Virus genome (UHGV): UHGV-1356165
Direction: 5' to 3' (one strand)
DNA from: a virus
DNA: 44,902 bases
Shown piece after piece: positions 38,131 to 44,902 of this stretch. Position numbers and translations under genes: made by a program. The notes beneath the pieces are model-generated. The model was given only the letters and a program-made list of their open reading frames with translations, was not told the origin of the DNA and did no database searches. The number at the start of each line of letters is the position of its first letter. Within the stretch, counting starts at the first letter, position 1.

Positions 38131-38847
38131 AGCTCTACCAAATGATTAACTTTAAATAATTTCTCCACAGCGTTGTGCGTGGCTTTCTTCCTTGTGCTTG
38201 CAAAATTGGTTTTAATTTCACCTTGCCATACACATTCAAAATCATCTGGAGCATTGTATTCAGATACAAATACAATATTTCTTTTTGCTTGCTCACGACA
38301 CCAATTAAAGAATTTATCATGATCGAATGAACCTGTTTTATATCCTGTTGTGCCTTGATATGGTGGGTCGCAGTAAATTAAACAGTCTTCAAAATTTAGG
38401 TTTTCGAAAGAATCGCAAATAAATTGCACGTTTTTGATTTTTGGAGATTGCTTAAGTGCATTGCGCTTTCCATATCCGCAAAATGTTGTGTCATCGCTTC
38501 CTTTTTCTCGAGCATAACTATTATCAAACTTTCCACCAAAAGAAAGCATAAACCTAACCCAGCTTGTAATTCTTTGCGGAGGTAGCCCTTTATAAGACTT
38601 GTATTCTTCTTCACTTACAGAGTTTGGAAGAAAATCAGAAATATCCCTAATATCAATTAATGCGTGAATAGTATGATCATTTAAATCGTAACCGATACGC
38701 TTAAAAGTGTCTGGCACTTTATCGATCATGTTTGCACCACCAACAAAAGGCTCAACCCATGTTGTAATTCTGTGTTTTTCACATTCTTCCAACATGATTG
38801 GCAATAAGTGTTTAGCAATTCTGTTTTTTTGAACCCATGTATTTCAT
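38127..38847 (-). CDS. dam: Dam-like N6-adenine DNA methyltransferase (alpha group). The N-terminal 8 codons are in the adjacent frame.
   Basis: EPFVGGA (motif I) precedes CDPPY (motif IV). The true start MKYMGSKKQ at 38847 is separated from the rest by a frame break in a plus-strand T7 run (38823..38829). Confidence 0.75.
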
Positions 38848-38990
38848 AATTCCTCCAAATCCTCAATGTGACCAATAGCTGTGTATTCTAGCCATTGGTA
38901 AAGTTCTTCACTCCAGATAAAGCAAGCGCAATCAAAGTGAAAATAGGCATTCATTGACGCGCTGTAATGTGTAGCTTGTTCGGGTTTCAT
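38844..38990 (-). CDS. Unannotated 48-aa micro-protein, ATHY family copy 3 (MKPEQATHYSASM...)
   Basis: ATG at 38990. Its stop overlaps the dam ATG (ATGA). Confidence 0.4.
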   Translation of the reverse strand: MKPEQATHYSASMNAYFHFDCACFIWSEELYQWLEYTAIGHIEDLEEL

Positions 38991-39028
38991 TATTATCTCG
39001 ATGCCCTATATTTCAAGGGCGGTTTAAA

Positions 39029-39430
39029 TTAAAAAGGTAAATCCGTATCAGCATCATCATTGCGGTTATTCTGCCCGTAGCCAGTGTTTTGACGCTGACC
39101 ATACTGTGGCGCTTTAACATCTTGCTGTTGCGCAGGACGAGAGCCTACAAGCTCAATATGAGTGATTCGCACATTATTGTAAGTTTTACCTTCATATTCA
39201 GAAAATGAAACTTCACCAACAACAAAAACCTGTGCGCCTTTTGTGAGGTAATCCATTAAACTGCCTTCGGCTTGTTTTCCGAATAGGTTGCAGTTCCACC
39301 AGTTTGTGGTTTTACGCTCACCCCAACCTACACTTTCAGCAACGCTAAATTTTAGCATTTGCCCTGTTTGTGTAGCTTTGCGCTCTGAATCTTTACCAAG
39401 TTTACCAACAAATGAAATTGTATTAGACAC
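39029..39430 (-). CDS. ssb: Single-stranded DNA-binding protein
   Basis: OB-fold N-terminus. Gly/Gln/Asn-rich tail ending with an acidic DDADTDLPF tip. Confidence 0.8.
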   Translation of the reverse strand: MSNTISFVGKLGKDSERKATQTGQMLKFSVAESVGWGERKTTNWWNCNLFGKQAEGSLMDYLTKGAQVFVVGEVSFSEYEGKTYNNVRITHIELVGSRPAQQQDVKAPQYGQRQNTGYGQNNRNDDADTDLPF

Positions 39431-39441
39431 TTAAAAACTCC

Positions 39442-40206
39442 TTATGCTGCTTTGTAGATGAAGCAGCCGAGAATGAAAACAACCAGCATTACAAAGAATA
39501 CTAGCGCGAGAATTAATACGCCACTGTTAGATGGTTTTGGTTTTTCAGCTTCTTCCTTAATAGATTCTGATCTAATATCTAACGCAACTGCAAATCTAGC
39601 AGGGATAATTTCTCCATCGTATATAACATAATCACCCTCACTATATCTGCCAGTTAAACCGATAGAGCTATCATAATGAAGACATTCTTTTGCTTTTGGC
39701 TCAACCTCTGCAAGTGTTTGGTTTATTTCTCCAGCAATCACCGAAATATCAACAGGTGTAGATTTAATTTGAACAACTTCCTTAATCTGTTTACGCAAAG
39801 ACTTGTATCGAGCGTCAGACATATCACCGCGATTGGTAAACTGACTTTCGCGCGTTTCAACCGACAGAAAGCTGTCACCTTTGTTTAATGCTCGGCTTAA
39901 ATCAAGCTTGCTGATTCCAGTGCTTAAAATGTATTTGTGCAGCTTGTAGCGGTTTGATGTTTTGAATGATTGGCTTGTTTTTGGTTTTAACAATTCAATT
40001 TCACTATTCATAACAACCCAGCATTTACCCTTTTCACCAAGACCCCCACCACTATGCAATTGTTTTGACTCCCCAACATTGAATTGAACTTTTGTTGTAT
40101 TTTCACCATTAGAGATTACAACACCAGTCACCCCATTTTTTAAAACACTTGGATTGTTTCTAGAATCAACCAAAACAACCTCATCACCAACTTTATACTT
40201 ACTCAT
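39442..40206 (-). CDS. Membrane-anchored protein: N-terminal small domain paralogous to 13939..14172, a central domain, and one C-terminal TM helix
   Basis: C-terminal VLILALVFFVMLVVFILGCFIY. Own promoter h. Confidence 0.5.
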   Translation of the reverse strand: MSKYKVGDEVVLVDSRNNPSVLKNGVTGVVISNGENTTKVQFNVGESKQLHSGGGLGEKGKCWVVMNSEIELLKPKTSQSFKTSNRYKLHKYILSTGISKLDLSRALNKGDSFLSVETRESQFTNRGDMSDARYKSLRKQIKEVVQIKSTPVDISVIAGEINQTLAEVEPKAKECLHYDSSIGLTGRYSEGDYVIYDGEIIPARFAVALDIRSESIKEEAEKPKPSNSGVLILALVFFVMLVVFILGCFIYKAA

Positions 40207-40232
40207 AGTAAAACTCCTTAAATTGAATATTG

Positions 40233-40261
40233 AATATATATTAATATAAAAATTATTGCAA
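40233..40261 (-). promoter_or_regulatory. Promoter cassette copy h: TTGCAA-17-TATATT
   Basis: -35 at 40256..40261 and -10 at 40233..40238. Confidence 0.55.
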
Positions 40262-40282
40262 CAGTATTTGTTAAATTTGCAT

Positions 40283-40312
40283 AAAAAAAGACCCCTATGG
40301 AGGTTAGGGGTC
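40283..40312 (-). terminator. Terminator of the nucleotide-metabolism operon
   Basis: GACCCCTA-tggaggt-TAGGGGTC with U7 on the minus strand. Confidence 0.65.
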
Positions 40313-40349
40313 TGTGAAGAGGTTTTACTTGAGTTTGATCAGTATAATG

Positions 40350-40553
40350 TTATTTAATGCGTCTTACAAGCTCGGCTTGCAATTCATTTAAAGCATCGTT
40401 GTGACCTGCTTTATAGAATGCATAAAAACATAGCCAGTGCTTTTGAATTGTCTCATCCTCAAAGCTGTAAATGTATTTCTCACATTCTTTATGGTTCATG
40501 TTTGAAGCATTGATACCAAGATGACCAAGCGCTTTTGCAAAATTACTCAACAT
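40350..40553 (-). CDS. Hypothetical protein. Start at MLSNFAK rather than the listed upstream Met that overlaps the dUTPase gene. Confidence 0.35.
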   Translation of the reverse strand: MLSNFAKALGHLGINASNMNHKECEKYIYSFEDETIQKHWLCFYAFYKAGHNDALNELQAELVRRIK

Positions 40554-41052
40554 TGAAATTATCCTCGATTGATTTTGTGATTGGATCTGTTGAGCCAAAA
40601 GCGCCTGTACCACGATCCGATGTACCTAAATCATCAACAAGTTCTAAGGTTATTTTAGGAATAGGCATTATAATGATTTGTCCGATTCTATCACCAACTT
40701 CATAATGTTTTTGCTCTCGTCGATCCTTATAAGCATAGTTATCAACCCCCATGTGAACAGGTCGGTTAAATTTAAATTTAAAAATAACTTCGCCACGATA
40801 ACCAGAATCAATTACACCAACCGAATTAGCAAGCAACAAATCTTTTTTGCTAATGCTCGAGCGTGGAAAAAGATAACCGACAAATCCTTTTGGGATAGCA
40901 AACGCTAATCCCGTGCCATAGCAGATATTTCCATCTCCATCATAAGATTTACTTGTTGCGGTCAAATCTAATCCCGCGTCAGAATCATGTGCGTAACTTG
41001 GAACTACAGCATCATCGGATAGTTTTTTAATTTTTACAGTTAGATTTTCCAT
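40543..41052 (-). CDS. dut: dUTP diphosphatase
   Basis: Motif III GVIDSGYRGE. 169 aa. Confidence 0.75.
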   Translation of the reverse strand: MENLTVKIKKLSDDAVVPSYAHDSDAGLDLTATSKSYDGDGNICYGTGLAFAIPKGFVGYLFPRSSISKKDLLLANSVGVIDSGYRGEVIFKFKFNRPVHMGVDNYAYKDRREQKHYEVGDRIGQIIIMPIPKITLELVDDLGTSDRGTGAFGSTDPITKSIEDNFNVE

Positions 41053-41327
41053 TATTTAGACTCCAAATAAAAATGGCGTTCCGAATAAATTTCAGTAACT
41101 AATTTGCTTTCCGATCCATCGTTTTTCAAAACTCCCACATACGCAGACCAGCCATGTTTAGGTTTATAACCATACTTATATTCAACTTTGTAAACAATTG
41201 CCTTTTTCCCTTTATGAGTATAATTAAGTGTAATAACATCACCAATTTTAATAGGGCATACACTTTCTGCAAATTTTTGCTTAGCTTCTTCCAGTTGTTT
41301 CTCCAAACTTTCGATTAAATGTTCCAT
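41052..41327 (-). CDS. Hypothetical protein (91 aa) Confidence 0.4.
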   Translation of the reverse strand: MEHLIESLEKQLEEAKQKFAESVCPIKIGDVITLNYTHKGKKAIVYKVEYKYGYKPKHGWSAYVGVLKNDGSESKLVTEIYSERHFYLESK

Positions 41328-41704
41328 TGATTCAAAACCTCTATACCATGTTGTTTAAGATAGTTAACACCTAATTGCTTCTCGGGTTCGTCACGATGTT
41401 CTTTGTAATACACCGTCTTAATACCTTTTGAAACAATCAATTTTGAGCATTCTAAGCAGGGAATGTATGTCACCGCCATAATTCCGCCTTTGAAACTAAA
41501 ATCGTTATCGGCGAAGAATGCGACAATTTCTGCATGCAGTACATCAGGATTTGACTTATGCATGTTGCAATTACATTCTTCTGTTGTGCCGTGATTCATG
41601 CCAATACTGACAACTCGGTTCGCGAGCATAATAGCTGCACCAACCTTTTTCTTTTTGCATACGCTTAATGACTGAGCGTAATCTGCACTTTCAAAAACGT
41701 TCAA
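41315..41704 (-). CDS. dCMP deaminase (cytidine/deoxycytidylate deaminase zinc-binding fold)
   Basis: HAEIVAF and PCLECSK zinc-ligand motifs. Confidence 0.7.
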   Translation of the reverse strand: MNVFESADYAQSLSVCKKKKVGAAIMLANRVVSIGMNHGTTEECNCNMHKSNPDVLHAEIVAFFADNDFSFKGGIMAVTYIPCLECSKLIVSKGIKTVYYKEHRDEPEKQLGVNYLKQHGIEVLNQWNI

Positions 41705-41906
41705 AATCTAAAACCCATTCAAGAATATACAATTGACCAGATAGACTGTTAATCATTGGTTGAAATTTCATAGCATCTTCTGTTGTTTTTGCTTCATCTG
41801 CTTTAACGACAATCTCTCTAATTTCAGATTTAATTAACTCAGCTTTTTCTTTAATCTCTTCAACTGTTTTCATTACTTTGCTCCAATTGTTCAATTTTCT
41901 TTTCAA
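41691..41906 (-). CDS. Hypothetical protein (71 aa) Confidence 0.35.
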   Translation of the reverse strand: MKRKLNNWSKVMKTVEEIKEKAELIKSEIREIVVKADEAKTTEDAMKFQPMINSLSGQLYILEWVLDFERF

Positions 41907-42141
41907 TGCGGTGATGCGTAGAACGATGTAAAGATTTATCAGTTAGCTTCTTTCTTAGCTTTTTGATTTTATCCTTTACAAAGTCTTTTTTAGATAGTGA
42001 CTTTAATTCACTCTCCCCAATTTCGTTTAAGCATGTGCGAACAAATAGAGAAAAGTTATCCATCTGCATAGCCTTATCGTATGCGTCGGATTGATCTTTT
42101 TCGTCTAAGTTGAAGCATACAGCTTTAAGTTTGTTATTCAT
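41860..42141 (-). CDS. Possible ribbon-helix-helix regulator (93 aa), first gene of the minus-strand early operon
   Basis: The N-terminal KLKAVCFNLDEKDQSDAYDKAMQMDNFSLFVRTCL fits a beta-alpha-alpha RHH pattern. Sits at divergent promoters. Confidence 0.3.
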   Translation of the reverse strand: MNNKLKAVCFNLDEKDQSDAYDKAMQMDNFSLFVRTCLNEIGESELKSLSKKDFVKDKIKKLRKKLTDKSLHRSTHHRIEKKIEQLEQSNENS

Positions 42142-42153
42142 TTAAAACTCCTG

Positions 42154-42196
42154 TTGATTTGAATTTAATTTTATACTAATATAAATTTCAACGCAA
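42154..42196. promoter_or_regulatory. Divergent, face-to-face overlapping promoters. Plus strand: TTGATT-17-TAATAT (42154..42182). Minus strand: TTGCGT-17-TAAAAT (42168..42196).
   Basis: Direct reading. Both spacers are 17 nt. They drive the recombination module on plus and the nucleotide-metabolism operon on minus. Confidence 0.5.
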
Positions 42197-42216
42197 CACA
42201 AACTAGAGAGTTTTAC

Positions 42217-42915
42217 ATGAGTAATTTAACAACTACACAAGATAACGTCGTTAATCCAGTTTTACAAATGATTGAGCGTGTAGCGCTTGATCCCAATTCG
42301 GATGTAGCAAAGCTTGAGAAAATGATTGATTTGCAAGAGCGCGTAATGGCTAGACAAGCAAAAGAGCAATTTGATTCTGCCATGCTTCAATTTCAAATAG
42401 AGAAACCGATTCTTGAAAAAGCATCAAAAGGGCATAACTCAAAATACGCAAAGTTAGAATACATTCAATCTGTAATTGAGCCTGTATTGCGCAAATTCGG
42501 CTTATTTGTTCGATGGAATACGCAGGCCACTAATGATGGAAAAACCCGAGTTACATGCATTTGTAGCCACATTGGAGGGCATAGCGAATCATCGTCAATG
42601 GATGTTGCGCCAGACAAAGGTGGAAGCAAATCAGATATTCAAGCTAATGGCTCTGCAATTAGTTACGCGCAACGCTACACAATGCGCTCTTTGCTCGGCT
42701 TAGTTATTGCGGAAGATACAGACGGGGTGACTAAGGCGACCATTACACCAGTTCAGGTTAAAATTCTTGAGAAAAAATTGGCATTTCTTTCGCTTGATGC
42801 AAAAGACAAGATGGTTGCTCACATCGGTTGTGAACTGCATGAAATTGAAAAAGGCGCGTTTGATTACTGGTGCAATCAGCTTGATTCAAAAGTTGCAAAA
42901 AAGGGTGCTGAATAA
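42217..42915 (+). CDS. Single-strand annealing protein, ERF-family-like
   Basis: The ..GSAISYAQRYTMRSLLGL.. motif. Directly upstream of a YqaJ-type exonuclease. Confidence 0.5.
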   Translation: MSNLTTTQDNVVNPVLQMIERVALDPNSDVAKLEKMIDLQERVMARQAKEQFDSAMLQFQIEKPILEKASKGHNSKYAKLEYIQSVIEPVLRKFGLFVRWNTQATNDGKTRVTCICSHIGGHSESSSMDVAPDKGGSKSDIQANGSAISYAQRYTMRSLLGLVIAEDTDGVTKATITPVQVKILEKKLAFLSLDAKDKMVAHIGCELHEIEKGAFDYWCNQLDSKVAKKGAE

Positions 42916-43538
42916 TGGAAATTATTTACGATATTGAACAAGGCTCGCCTGAATGGTTGGAATTAAGACTTGGTTTGATTACTTGCTCGGAAATAAAAAA
43001 AATCCGAGCCGATGGAGTGGGAGCGCAGGACTATATCAACGGTTTGGCTTACGAGAGAATCACGGGTGAATCTTCATCTGTATTTTCAGGCAATCAATGG
43101 ACGGAACGTGGTCATAAGATTGAGCCAATTGCTCGTAAACTATACGAGCTAAAAACAGGCTTAAATGTTCAGGAAGTTGCTTTCATAACTAATCATGGTT
43201 TCGGTTATAGTCCCGATGGATTGGTTGAAGAAACAGTTGGAGGTAAGCTGCATTATCGTGGTGCAATAGAAATTAAGGCTAAACAACCAAAAGACCAAAT
43301 TGATATATTGCGTAGTGGAGAAATTCCAAAGGAGCATAACGATCAATTGGATGGGGGTTTATTGTGCGGTGATTTGTATTTTATTGATTTTGTATCGTAT
43401 TGTCCAAACTTACCAATATTTATTAAGCGTGTTTATCGAGATGAGCGCAAAGCACAGTTAGATAAACTTGCCTTACTGATTGAAAAATATAATGCACAGA
43501 TTGACAATATTGTTAATCAAATTTCAGAAATGTATTAA
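42915..43538 (+). CDS. YqaJ-like / lambda-exonuclease-family recombination exonuclease (PD-(D/E)xK)
   Basis: The N-terminal GSPEWLELRLGLITCSEI matches the YqaJ consensus. ATGA coupling with the SSAP. Confidence 0.7.
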   Translation: MEIIYDIEQGSPEWLELRLGLITCSEIKKIRADGVGAQDYINGLAYERITGESSSVFSGNQWTERGHKIEPIARKLYELKTGLNVQEVAFITNHGFGYSPDGLVEETVGGKLHYRGAIEIKAKQPKDQIDILRSGEIPKEHNDQLDGGLLCGDLYFIDFVSYCPNLPIFIKRVYRDERKAQLDKLALLIEKYNAQIDNIVNQISEMY

Positions 43539-43552
43539 TTGGAGTTAAAGAA

Positions 43553-43768
43553 ATGAGTGAGTGGATTGGTGTTGATAAAATACTTCCTAGAAAAAATACT
43601 TTGGTAGCTTGGATAAAAATGAACAATCCAATTGAAAACGGAATAAATAAAAAATGGATATCTAGAGTTGATGATGTTTTGTGGGCGGATCGCCACGATG
43701 GATATCATGTGAATATAACGGATATAGATGCGACCCACTGGATGCCACTACCTGAGCCACCTAAATAA
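43553..43768 (+). CDS. DUF551 protein
   Basis: MSEWIGVDKILP...THWMPLPEPP matches the DUF551 signature. Confidence 0.6.
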   Translation: MSEWIGVDKILPRKNTLVAWIKMNNPIENGINKKWISRVDDVLWADRHDGYHVNITDIDATHWMPLPEPPK

Positions 43769-43795
43769 AATTAGCCCCCATTACGGGGCTTTTTA
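43766..43795. terminator. Bidirectional terminator between the convergent recombination and lysis operons
   Basis: AGCCCC-cattac-GGGGCT with an A5 run and a T5 run. Confidence 0.65.
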
Positions 43796-43816
43796 ATTCC
43801 ATTGAATTACACGGAA

Positions 43817-44077
43817 TTAAAACAAACCTTTCAAACTATTATAGATAGACTTCGCAGCATCAATAAAATCTGAAATGTATTTAGCCCAATTATCCCAATT
43901 TTTACCCACGCCTTGAATTAAGTTTTTAGCAGCAGCAAGTACCCACTCTTTTTTGGATGCGCCCGATTCTTTGCTAGATTCGATTGCGTCCATGAATTGT
44001 GAAACTTGGCTGTAAATTTCTTGGCCGATGGTGATAAGTTGAATTGTGCCTTGTACGGCGGTTGCGATGTTTGTCAT
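43817..44077 (-). CDS. Lysis-cassette-associated hypothetical protein (86 aa)
   Basis: ATGA-coupled to the endolysin. No clear TM helix. Confidence 0.35.
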   Translation of the reverse strand: MTNIATAVQGTIQLITIGQEIYSQVSQFMDAIESSKESGASKKEWVLAAAKNLIQGVGKNWDNWAKYISDFIDAAKSIYNSLKGLF

Positions 44078-44607
44078 TAGTAGCTCCTTAAAGCTTTTTC
44101 AAATGTTTCAGCATAACTTGCGACAAGTTGCGCCTTGTCTGTTCCGTTAATGATACGTCTGGCGTTTACGTAATCTTTTTTAGATTGGTCAATGTAATCA
44201 GATAGTCGCTTGCCAGTAAACCAACCTTGCTTCATACCAAGAATCATAATCTTGACAGCAACTTCTGGTTTTAATGCAAGTTCTGGATCATTGACTAAAT
44301 CCAAGCCAAGCATCTTGCCTGCTTTCTCATATCCAGATTTCCAAGTAAGTTGAACATATCCATACCCAATAAACGGATAATAAGGTTTAGAGCGCAAATA
44401 AAGGTCACTGCCGCGCTCTTTGATGGGTAACATTGTGCGCGCTGTTTCGTGCCATGTAGTAGCAAGCATGTAGGCTGCTTGTGGGTAGCTGATTGATTTA
44501 TCCTTATCAAACTCATCAACCAAGAAATTAGTGGCGTTCACTTGTGTTTGAGTAAGTGAACCAAAGGCTTTACGCAATATGTCAAAGCCACCTTTTGTCA
44601 TTTTCAT
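44077..44607 (-). CDS. Endolysin, glycoside hydrolase family 19 (LysAB2-like)
   Basis: YPQAAYMLATTWHETARTM..YYPFIGYGYVQLTWKSGYEKAGK..GWFTGKRL closely resembles the Acinetobacter-phage GH19 lysins. Confidence 0.8.
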   Translation of the reverse strand: MKMTKGGFDILRKAFGSLTQTQVNATNFLVDEFDKDKSISYPQAAYMLATTWHETARTMLPIKERGSDLYLRSKPYYPFIGYGYVQLTWKSGYEKAGKMLGLDLVNDPELALKPEVAVKIMILGMKQGWFTGKRLSDYIDQSKKDYVNARRIINGTDKAQLVASYAETFEKALRSY

Positions 44608-44888
44608 TTACCACCCCCAAATTTGCTTTTGATAAATCCTGTGATTTCTTCTTTGATCTCAGCCTGAGTTTCAGCACTCGATAGCCACATGAGATAGAAG
44701 ACCATAATTGGCGCACCTAGCGAACCCATAACAAAAGTTGGTAGGGCGGTCATAAAGATGCCGTACTCAAGATGGAATGTGAGCATCAAACCAAACAAAA
44801 CACCAATTGCAGTGCCCACCCAAATTTTGGTTACTTTCGGGTAGGGCATTGATCTATCAAATGTCGTTGGAATCAAAGCAGATGACAC
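44604..44888 (-). CDS. Holin-like membrane protein (94 aa, 2-3 TM helices)
   Basis: Hydrophobic helices. Overlaps the endolysin start. Confidence 0.5.
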   Translation of the reverse strand: MSSALIPTTFDRSMPYPKVTKIWVGTAIGVLFGLMLTFHLEYGIFMTALPTFVMGSLGAPIMVFYLMWLSSAETQAEIKEEITGFIKSKFGGGK

Positions 44889-44902
44889 GCCACCCGAAAA
44901 TG

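Overview
This 44.9 kb window reads as one nearly contiguous tailed-phage or prophage genome. It is AT-rich and almost entirely transcribed on the minus strand. The host is probably Acinetobacter. That is inference from base composition and from an endolysin resembling the GH19 LysAB2-like lysins of Acinetobacter phages. Modules from high to low coordinates: a lysis cassette with holin and GH19 endolysin (44888-43817); a plus-strand recombination module with ERF-like SSAP, YqaJ-like exonuclease and DUF551 (42217-43768); a minus-strand operon of dCMP deaminase and dUTPase driven from a divergent promoter region (42142-42216); SSB; a Dam-like N6A methyltransferase; a replication module (HTH initiator carrying an internal iteron array, DnaB-like helicase); about 8 kb of early accessory genes in several promoter-delimited operons (Imm superinfection-immunity protein, a DUF6378 protein, a zinc-ribbon/VRR-NUC nuclease interrupted by an in-frame stop, an acidic protein); small and large terminase, portal and Mu-F-like head morphogenesis genes; a Rha-like regulator followed by 570 bp of noncoding DNA; about twelve micro-genes; protease, scaffold and major capsid; head-tail joining genes interrupted by an AT-rich accessory island (14682-16708) containing the only plus-strand gene of the structural region; and a Mu-like contractile tail (sheath, tube, chaperone with a canonical -1 frameshift site, tape measure, baseplate V/W/J/I, two tail fibers, the larger with a beta-helix depolymerase-like body). 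No integrase, CI-like repressor, tRNA, CRISPR array or reverse transcriptase was found. Three things stand out. A near-identical sigma70 promoter plus RBS cassette (TTGCAW-N17-TATAAT ... GGAGG-N4-7-ATG) is reused at least nine times in front of accessory genes. Families of unannotated micro-proteins recur at operon ends. Several frame breaks fall on A/T homopolymers, which points to sequencing error or a decaying prophage. No single named defence system could be identified. The best candidates for novel biology are the accessory island at 14682-16708 with its 620 bp structured, repeat-bearing noncoding region, and the Imm/DUF6378 operon.
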